Source: the human T2T-CHM13v2.0 reference genome, Homo sapiens
DNA: 64,000 bases
NCBI RefSeq assembly: GCF_009914755.1
Contig: NC_060939.1
Reading direction: 5' to 3' (one strand)
The notes beneath the pieces were generated by a model, which saw only the letters and a list, made by a program, of their open reading frames with translations, made no database searches and had not been told where the DNA came from. A program made the position numbers and the translations under genes. The stretch's first letter is position 1. Every line of letters starts with the position of its first letter. Below, one piece after another: positions 54,020-64,000 of the stretch.

Positions 54020-55161
54020 CCTTCTAACCCATCCACCTAGAATACTCACCATTCTTATTCTGACACATCCCTTGGGGAGAATATCTCCCCTTAGGAAAGA
54101 AATAATTTTGAGAAATAACATTGATATTTTAGCTATCTAAGGCACAGAAGAGTAATGGCTCTTGTCAACAGTTGTTTCTTGTGCTGAGGTTCTTAAGTCA
54201 AAAGTAAAGGCAAGAGGCTATGGTGGGGAGCTCCTAGGCGAAGAGGCTCATTTCATATGCACATATTAGCACTAACTGAAGATTCTGAGGAGAAAACATT
54301 GAAATATTTGCTTTTGTTCTACTATAATATTCAATTACTGTCAAGAATATTATTTCTGTTTCAAGTTAATAAAAATCCCGATACCATTGATCTTTAGAGC
54401 TGCAAAGGTAATTAGAAATGTTATTTTACTTGCATAATATTATATTCTAAGGCCTAGAAAAGCTAAAAAAACTGCTTAAACTCCCACAGCCATAGCTGGA
54501 GCTGAAATCTTCATAACCTGATTTCTTGTATGGAAAAAGTACTTTCTAATTCACACAGACAAACTCTCAGCATTTATGCTAGTATTAATTATGTTATATT
54601 GAATCACTCTGGAATTCTTAGATAACTAAATATGATCTTTGGATTTAAGTTAGAGTTAGTGTTGATTAAGGGTCAAAGGCCAGCCAGAGGAGCCATTATT
54701 TGACATTTTAAAAACAGGGTTACAAAAAAAAGATTGTGTACTGGTTATATAGCCTTTCATCTTACTAAATGTAAAAGAATCCAGATAAAATTTTTATTTG
54801 ATAAGGGAATAAGATTATGACCATTAACAATTTTTAAAAAATTTCACAAAGACTTTCATTATGATGTTGTCCTTTCTAGTATCTCTTCTGATATGTCCAG
54901 TGTCTGCCTTCACCATTAGGCTGTAAGGTCCATGAAAGGAAGGAACTTGTCTTTGTGGTTCAGTGCTGCAGCTCCAGAGCCTAGCACAGTGCCTGGGACC
55001 TGATGGTGACTCACTAGTATTCTAAATGAATGATGTATGAGTGGATGGATAAAACTTATTTCAGTGCCATCTTGGTACCTATATTCATGGCTATACAGTG
55101 AATACTGTATAGCTTAATTTTTAATTTGTAAAGTTCCTATGGAAGAAAACTTATTACTCAC

Positions 55162-55278
55162 CTACACATTCATTCCCTGCTAGAATATAACCAAAGGGAC
55201 ACTCGCAGCGATAGGAACCATCTGTATTGATGCACTGTCCATGTTTACAGACATCGGGTTCTTTGCATTCGTCCATAT
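55162..55278 (-). CDS. FBN1: Fibrillin-1 exon 53 (117 nt), cbEGF32
   Basis: cttaag|AT ATG GAC ... TGT GTA G|gtgagt; [39 protein letters not shown] (absent from the ORF track, read manually). Confidence 0.97.
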
Positions 55279-55522
55279 CTTAAGCAAGAGAAAAAAAATA
55301 GTGAATAACAAGGTATTTTTTAAACGTGAAGATAAATTATGATCATTTCAGTGTTTAATCAAAAGATTATCTAATAATGCAATAATATAATTGCTATCTA
55401 AATGAAGGGACAAAAAAGTAGCACTTAATTTTCCAAGATAGATGGAGAAAAATAAGAATAACTAGAGAAGAAGCAGATTGAGAATACTGAGAAATGCTGA
55501 GAATCCAGCACAGGCAACTGAC

Positions 55523-55588
55523 CAACTGCTGAATCATCAGGTCCCACGATGATCCCACTTCCATAAGGACATATCTGGCGGAAGGCCT
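55523..55588 (-). CDS. FBN1: Fibrillin-1 exon 52 (66 nt), second part of TB6
   Basis: ccacag|AG GCC TTC ... GCA GTT G|gtcagt; EAFRQICPYGSGIIVGPDDSAV. Confidence 0.96.
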
Positions 55589-55968
55589 CTGTGGTGGAGA
55601 CACTCATTAATAGATAGAACAATAGCAATTCATTACAAGCTTCTCCACAAGCATTTTGAGGTAGAAAATTGCTACATGCTGTGCATATTGATAAATGATG
55701 GAAAAAACAAGCCCAGAAACCAGAGGAAGTTATTTAACGAGACTCCCTAAGATGTTGTGTCTACTCCTTGGGCATCTGTGATTCATGACATAATTAAAAA
55801 GAAAATAACTACCAAGCTCCTGAGATAAAATAATTTTTAATGAACATTCTAATTAGACTTACAATTAAATTAAATTGTGTTACTGTCTTTAAGGCCTACA
55901 GTCTTACTTACATCATGGCCAGTCTGCACCCTGCATGGCCCAGAGAGAAATGCAGATGACAGACATAC

Positions 55969-56118
55969 CATCAGGTTCCGTGGGGCAGAGCTCGCAGGGG
56001 TCTCCCCAGCCTTCTCCCTTCAAGGCACAGCAGCATTCCTGCTTGGAGTGATTTCTGGATTTGGGTGATGAACACTTTCCTCCTTCAAACTTCGCATAAC
56101 AGTAGCTCATTCGCAAAT
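55969..56118 (-). CDS. FBN1: Fibrillin-1 exon 51 (150 nt), first part of TB6 (8-Cys) domain
   Basis: ctgcag|AT TTG CGA ATG ... CCT GAT G|gtatgt; [50 protein letters not shown], with the CCC triplet. Confidence 0.97.
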
Positions 56119-59100
56119 CTGCAGCATAAATTTATGACACCCTTCAGTTGCTTTCCTACTGAGTCCGTATTGCACCATAGCAAATAAAGAACAACCCACT
56201 ATGTTATATATGTTCTCCTCTCAGGACCACAGCAATACTCCTTACGTGATTCTAATGGTAACTGAGCTGAGATTGTTAAAGTCATGGGTATCTTTTGTAT
56301 AGTGAGATCTGATGAACAACTCTATGAACTTAAATTTATTACTTCTCATTTTAGTCACTATTTCAAAGTAACCCGATGTGAATCCAATAAAATCCAAAAC
56401 TGACAGTTTTCAAAACTGACATCTGTCAGTGACTTCAGGATTGGAAAGTCCACAGAAGGAATCATTCACAAGATTCCTTCATTGATAGCTCTGCTTGCAA
56501 TATCATGTTTAATGAGCACACTAGAGTAAGAGAATCCTCTTAGTTCTAATATTTACTGTGATATCACACTTTGTGGTTTATTCTGTGTCCCCTAAACTCT
56601 GGAACTAAAATAAAATCCCAGATCACAGGCACAGAACAAATACAGAAGTGGCAACTTTGTAGATGGGCAAAAATACAACACAAGGGTTGGTCACTGAAGC
56701 AGATACTCCCGGAGATGCTGGCTACAAAATGCAAGTGGGGCTTTTTGTAGATTTTACACACACACACATATGCAGAGCTGTGTCAATGTTAAATTTTTAA
56801 AAGAAGCTTGTTTAGCTCAACACAGAGAGGGAAGGAAGAGGAGGGCAGGGCTGTGGGTGGGTGGGAACAGAATAGTCTTTCTTTGAAAGAATATATTTCA
56901 ATATTGATTATTGCTTTGATGACTCCAACAAAGAAGATGGGATCTACTTCCTATAAAATTCTCCAACATTGCTTGACATAATTTTGGAAACGGGCTTTTC
57001 CATTTCTCATACAACACATTGACTCCAAAAAGTGAGCTCAACCAGAGGTATGGACTGTGTTTTCCCTCGAACTTGACTTCTTAAAGCCTTCCAAAACTCC
57101 TCTCATTACACAGAGGCCACAATCTGCAGGTTTAAAAGAAATGCTTTCATACCCATATTGTACTATTCTTCTTTCTTTATATCTGACCACCTCTGCCTTT
57201 TTCATTCACTTCCATCACTGTTTTTCAATCCCAGGAACCATACTATCATAACCACCTAAGCACTTCTGTTAAGACAGTCTCACCAGCTTTTATTTCATGA
57301 CAAAGAAGACAATGTAGGAATAACAGAGTTGCCAGAGATAACAAAGGAAAGGTTTTCATGAATTAAAGTTTCTATCTATCTATCTATTATATTTACCAAG
57401 TTATGTAAATCAAATTCAGGTAGCCTCCCCAGTAAACCTGCTCAACCTTTCATGGCTACCAACTCATCCAGATAAATCATCTCTCTAATTTCTATTCCAC
57501 TTCCCCATCTGTTGTGGCAAGGACCTGGCAAGCACCTTTCAATGAATTATCCTTCTGAAGGTCAAGAGCAATAAAAGTCAATCCTGCGGCATCTCTGCCA
57601 CCCAAATGTTTGCTTTGCTGAGAAACTTCAAGACTGAACAAATTCTTGTTTCTTGGAGAACACTTTTGATCTCTTTTATTCTTCAAGTTCTTTGTCACAT
57701 ATAATGTTTTGTATTTATCAGTCTTGTTTTTGTTATTTATGCCTCCAACTACCTTTAGATATAATTCAGTGACTACTCACAAAAATGTCTCAACAAATAT
57801 ATGAAAACTTAACTCTGCTTTGTCTTCCAGTTTGTAGTGTTTCTTTAAATATGTATGTTGTAATATTGGTGTATTAAAATTCTCATTCTCTTTTCCTTTA
57901 ATAGCTGACTTCGTCCCAGACCCCAGCTCTATCTCCCCCACACCACTCCACCCCGAAAAAAAAAAATCTTGGCATTAGACAGAGACTCAAATGCACGAAG
58001 TCTTGAGTCAGTCTAAGTGGCAAATTCTCTTCGTTGAACTTTGCAAGTGGGAGTGGCTCATTTACACCTGTGGTCTTTTGTGCCAGGCTCTGTCCACCTG
58101 AGTCCCATGGCATTCGCTTTTTAAAAAACATTATCCACGGTTCTGTGGAATTTTCTCATTTCATGAGCAATAGAAGTCTGACTCCTAATTTGTCATCTTA
58201 CAAGAAAAACCCAGCTCTCAATTTCCTGGCTCCAGCAAAATCTGTGCTCTGTAGGAGACTTACTTTAGCTTGTGGTGATTCTCTAGAATTGGCTTATTAA
58301 TCAAGGGTGTCTTGCATTGGGGAAGAGAGCTGTGCTTGCCCACATACTTCAGGACTCACTGGGATGCCTGTTTACCAGTCCATCTGCAAAGAGCCCTTAA
58401 TGACCTCGAAATTTCATCAGAACTACAAAAGTCACTTTCCCTGCTTGCATTCCTCAGTTCTGGCTCTGCCTCCTGGAGCTGAGCATGTGGCAGGGCTGCT
58501 CACAGCTGGGCTGATTCTTCCTGCAGCGTTAGCTTGCTCTGTGATGGGCCAGTGCAAATTGAATTAATAGCCTAGGAGTTTCCTCTGGCCTGCCACATCG
58601 GCAGATTCACACCTGGTTTCTCACTGCTTTCTTTCCAAATTCAGGCCAAGCCAAAGGCACACAAAAACAAGGGAGTAGGAGTTAGAATTTATCTGGCTGG
58701 TCTGTACCATGCAGAATATCTGTTCGAATTAAGCACCACCCTGAAATCCACACAGACCACTGACAACTACCAACAAGCTGAAATCAACCGGAGAACTCTC
58801 AACCCTCTCCTTCTTACTTCCCAAATAACTAGTTGAAAAGTAAAAAGTTAATCAGATCATTAGAATAACAACAAGAGTCTACAAAGGACTCAGAAACTAA
58901 CAAAGCTTTGTCACAGTAAGGCTGGTTGGGCAGATATTATTGTTGTTTAAAATGAGGAAATTGAGCTTCCAAAAGATTAAATGACTTGCTCTAGACTAAA
59001 TATGGCAGGGCTGGGACCCCAAACTCAATTTTTTGAACCTTAAATGATATCCAGTGCCTCTTCCATATTTGGTAATACGGAAGCAAAACCAAAAAACCAT

Positions 59101-59922
59101 AAAAAAAAAAAAAAAACCCAACTCAACATCAAAACAACAGTAACAACCAAACAACAAAAGCTACAAGTGGAAAAAAAAGAAATACATGTGTTTGTTTCAT
59201 CTCCCTTCCCCGGAATTCATGAAACTAGTTTGTGTATGTAGATATCCATACACAACTGTATTGTTTAGAAAAGTCTAAACAGTTTTCTGGGACTTAAGTA
59301 CATACTGTGTTATGCCAAAGTTCAGGATCCTTTTGATTTTTGTTTAAAATTTGAAAGTCATTGGCAAACCCTTGAAAATCTTTACTCAAATAGTTGACAA
59401 GTATTATTCCTAAAAATGAACAATGGCCCAGCAAGAATCCTGATCAGTTTAAATTTATTTTTGTTTTCTTGGAGAATTTGTGATATAAGGGATGGTTACC
59501 ATATTGTGGGGGCAAATGGGTTAATGTGCAGTTTTTCAGTCTCAAGTCTAACTTTGGACCCACATTTTTCAGCTTATCTCTTCAGAGGTAGGGGATATGT
59601 AGCTCAACTTCCCCCAGGCTTTGCTGTTTTGGTGGCTCAAGGTGTTTCCCCACTGATGGGCCTATCAGCATTTGTGTTCTTAGTGGGAGAGAGGTTTATG
59701 TGTCAGTACAATTGTATAAGCAACCATAACTTGATGGATGAGTTTTTAACCTTAAAAGTGAAAATGAACCTTCTGACATATGGTTATCATTAGACCTCTG
59801 GGTGAATGAAAACTCTCCATCTTCCTGTTCACAAAGAAACAGAGCTTTGCCATGTTTGAAAAATAAGACCACCACAAATAAACATGCAGCATTGAAAGCC
59901 CAAAGCCTTCAAAGACACTTAC

Positions 59923-60048
59923 CTTGGCACCTTCTTCCACTGGAGGACAAGGAAAACCCTTCTGGACACAGACATTTGAAGCTGCCTTCAGTGTTACTGC
60001 ATGTGCCCAGGGCACAAATTTCTGGCTCTTCGACACACTCATCAATAT
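59923..60048 (-). CDS. FBN1: Fibrillin-1 exon 50 (126 nt), cbEGF31
   Basis: ttttag|AT ATT GAT ... TGC CAA G|gtaagt; DIDECVEEPEICALGTCSNTEGSFKCLCPEGFSLSSSGRRCQ. Confidence 0.97.
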
Positions 60049-61990
60049 CTAAAAGAATCACATGAGTCAAACAAAGTCAAAACACGATGGAGACATCATC
60101 AGGTACCAAACACACAATGTGGACACACAAAGGGCAACTGAGTTTCCAAACTCTTACAATAATAAAGGTATTTTTCTGTACCATAACACTGTGGACTGGA
60201 CTTCTAGGTTGTCATGACTTCAAAAGAATTAGTTTTGACAGTTATTGATATAAAAATGGAATGTGCAACTGCCTTCTAAGGGGTGCAGTGACAAACGTCT
60301 CTTACCCAGACTGAGTTGCTTGGCTAACTAGAAAAGTCAGAGTAATTTCATAGTACCCTAGGCCAGGAAAGAAGCATGAAATTCTAGAGTCACACTGCAC
60401 CATTGTTCAGGAAGCAGAAATGCTGAGACTTTAAGCACATTGCTAGTGAGTCACTCAATGTGAGATCTAGGCCTTTGATCCAAATTTACTCCCCTCCAAC
60501 CACCCACAGAACTTTTCCCAATACCCTATGCTATAGCCCTAAAACTGTGAATTTTACAAGAACACTAAGACTCATGAAAATAAGTATAATCCTATGAAGT
60601 GCAAACTAACGATATCATAGAAGATGACACTCCTGATTTGTGGGTTAATCTTTCTGAAGACACAAAAATACCTTTCTTGTACAGGCTTTTTCTTTCATCA
60701 TATAGACAATAGGAAACTGTACACTTAGAATTGTGGCATGTTTTCTTTAGTATATTATACATCTTAGCTCCTGTACAGTGGTAGTTAAGAGTAGCCAATA
60801 AGAAGTTTGAATGGCTTGAGTAACCATATGTCCTAGTTTGCCTGGGGGAGCCCCAGCTCATGCCAGTTGGCCTGACTTTATTGTTAATAGTGCCCTTTTC
60901 TACTTTCAAAATTGGCTTGGGTTGGTCAATAAAACATACGATTACCTATGGAAAAATATGCCCACTCTATTCCAACAAACTCACTTATCTTTCCTCCTGA
61001 CTTTCAGCAGGAATTTTTAGTGAACAAAGTGGTAAGTCTTAATTCTGAGCCATGCTACTTTTATGAGAATACTTTTTTATTTTTTCAACAAAACACAAAA
61101 TATCCTTGTATCCTGGGCTCTTTATTTTTATATTTGTGCAAAGGTTTCTACTCACACCAAAATGTACTTGCATTATACAACTTTATTCTCAAGAGGCCCA
61201 ACTAAGGAAAAGTTGAGAAATTAACCTTATTATCTTGACTTAATATTGTAAATACCACACAATAAATATTCTAGAAATGTGCAATGCCAAGTGATTCTCT
61301 TTCTGTGCAACGCAAAATCAGCTTCTCCATCATGCCATGTTATTGGGTTGCATTTATACCTGTGTTATGTTCCCTGTGGTTTATTAATGAATCTGATCTT
61401 CTATTGCCGATTGAATTACTCCATTCTGACACTCCTTCCACCCCTATATCCAACCTTTTCTTAATATAAAAGTTAACTTTTGTGAAAATGCTCAAATGTT
61501 TTCAGTTGTTTTTAATTATTACTATGACTATTTATATTATGGTAGAAATTAGCCTGTACATGCCAACTTATTAGGATAGGGCCAAATATTGTAGAATGGG
61601 CACATTCATTGACTGTGCAGTTATTTTTCTTTCTATATATATTCTGTTCAATTTAGCGAACTTATGTATTGATAATAAAGCCAATTTTTAATAAAAGTAA
61701 AATAACATGCTTAAAAAATTTGCATCTAGACAATTTCAATAAGGTGTTTCCATTTTAAATATCACCACTTGATTGTTACTTAAATTGGATATATAATAAA
61801 ATTTCTAATTGACGATATTAAAAGTAGAGAAAATTCTCATTGTGGATTAGATGCAGACCTGTTTAAAGTCAGGGGTGTGAACTAGGTGACTTCTTGAAAA
61901 TCCTTTCAACCCTACTTATTTATGAAATTCTAGCAATTAATGTCCTTCACTTAATGATATGACATATTTGTTGAGGTTAAAGGAAGGCCC

Positions 61991-62286
<296 letters not shown>

Positions 62287-62742
62287 TTATTTGAAATAAG
62301 ACATTTCCACTGCTCTATAGGTAAAAACAAAATAGACAAACGATATAACCACATTCATCCAACCTTGAATGTGGTCATTTAAAGTTTTTAAATGGAATCA
62401 GGAGCTATTTTTAGCTGCAAAGAATCGCCACTTAAAAAATGTAGTTCGGAAATACTGGGAGTAGGACACAGCATTCCTAACAAATGTGTGAAAGCACAGT
62501 GGAAAAGAGTCAGGATCATATGATCAGTCATATGCACAGAACAAAATAACTTCATTAGAGATTAGCATGATAATTAGTGCTTCTTGTCTTGCCAGAAGGA
62601 TGAGACCATGTCATACCTATGCCCTTGCATTTGTTTCTGATAAAGTATTCCAAAATGAAGACGTCATTACAAAAATTCTCATTCTGCTTAGTCCAGTGGA
62701 CACCCGACACTCCTCATTTGCTACAACTGATAGCTTTCCTAC

Positions 62743-62862
62743 CTTCACACTTCTCATTTTGAAGACTGTATCCAGGTGGGCAAATGCATCTGTAGGACCC
62801 ATCCAAGTTTTGACAGGTACCTGGTGCACATTTTCTGGGTTCTAGAAGACATTCATTGATAT
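62743..62862 (-). CDS. FBN1: Fibrillin-1 exon 49 (120 nt), cbEGF30
   Basis: ttgcag|AT ATC AAT ... TGT GAA G|gtagga; [40 protein letters not shown]. Confidence 0.97.
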
Positions 62863-63310
62863 CTGCAAAGAAAAGGGAAAAATAAGGAAGAGGTTCCCAC
62901 TGGCATGACTTCCATCAAACAATTAAAATTCAAAAAAACTAGAATGAATCAAAGAAATACATAAAGCAAATTAAAGTTCATAAAATTCCACCATGGAGAA
63001 AAATAAGCAATAATAAAAATAAGCTTTATCAGCTTTCAAAAATGTATAGCATAACAACCATATTTTATTTTACCTGCATCAAATTAAATGTTTCCAGAAA
63101 ATTGTAGCATGTGAAAAGTCAGTGAGTATATAAAGATTTTAAGGATACTCAAAAGATATGAGAGCTTACTACAAAAGTATTTTAAAGAAAAATATTTAAG
63201 AAGGGAAATCACAATTGCTTACAGAGCAATTTAGCAATTTCACTGTTTAATAGTTTGAGTATTCTTGGTGAGTACAATAGCTTAATTTTTAAAATAAGGG
63301 AAAAAGTGAT

Positions 63311-63422
63311 TATATATATATATACACATATATATATATACACACACACATATATATATACATATATATATACACACATATATATATGTATATATATATA
63401 CATATATATATGTGTATATATA
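63311..63422. repeat. (TA)n/(CA)n microsatellite in intron 48
   Basis: Read directly. Confidence 0.92.
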
Positions 63423-63579
63423 CTTAAATAAAAACAAGCCTTTATAGGGAGGATTAATATAATTCTACTCTGACTTTTCCTCCAGGTTTCCAGAAAGAAG
63501 CATTAGAACAGAGACTGCATGATTCCTTGAGTGGTCTCTGGAAGCATTCTTTCCAGGTCTTTCTAAGTCCTGTACTTAC

Positions 63580-63708
63580 CCACACAGGTCCTCCCATCTG
63601 GAGCCACCTCATAGCCTTCATTGCACTGGCACTGGAAAGACCCCACTGTATTAATGCATTGGCCATTTCTGCAAAGATTCCCATTTCCACTTGCACATTC
63701 ATCAACAT
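63580..63708 (-). CDS. FBN1: Fibrillin-1 exon 48 (129 nt), cbEGF29
   Basis: ctgcag|AT GTT GAT GAA ... TGT GTG G|gtaagt; encodes [43 protein letters not shown]. Confidence 0.97.
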
Positions 63709-64000
63709 CTGCAGAAAAATCCCCAACAATCCTTTAATATATTCCAAAGATGTCATAATCCCAGCAATAATCAAAACTTCTAAAAGAAAAAATACTTTTT
63801 CTGAATTTTAGTGGCCTTTGCTGGCTTAGCCAAACAAGAAATGCCAATGAAGATCTAGTTTGCAACAACAGAACTGGCTTTAAGCACCTATACACATTTA
63901 ACAATAAGATTACATTATTATATTAGAGACTGACAATTTACATTCAAATTTCCTATCAGTTTTTCCTTGATTTTCCTTTAGATTTTATTTTTAAATTTTA

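Noticed and set aside
53797-54140. CVCV/THTH repeat ORFs on both strands
   Set aside because: Dinucleotide microsatellite artefacts.

Overview
Human-type genomic DNA with primate Alu and L1PA repeats. Positions ~26,490-64,000 hold the 3' part of FBN1 (fibrillin-1) on the minus strand: 19 coding exons (48-66 in 66-exon numbering, c.5789-c.8616). Splice sites were read directly, and the exons join into one frame encoding cbEGF29-31, TB6, cbEGF32-36, TB7, cbEGF37-43 and the C-terminal propeptide with the furin site RGRKRR|S (asprosin). A ~2.7 kb 3'UTR follows, with proximal and distal AATAAA signals and two miR-29 seed sites. Positions 1-26,480 are repeat-rich downstream intergenic DNA (Alu, MIR, MaLR/ERV LTRs, DNA-transposon fossils, one truncated L1PA) with no supportable gene. 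I found no wholly new gene system. The most interesting layer is hidden splicing architecture in the FBN1 introns: complete poison cassette exons in introns 54 and 57, pseudoexons one base from activation in introns 56 and 64, a GC-AG intron 63 shadowed by a perfect GAG|GTAAGT decoy donor, a candidate CA-repeat-guarded cryptic exon in intron 53, and inverted Alus bracketing symmetric exon blocks that would give stop-free circular ORFs. Exon, c. and domain numbering, repeat subfamily names and literature matches are from memory and should be verified.
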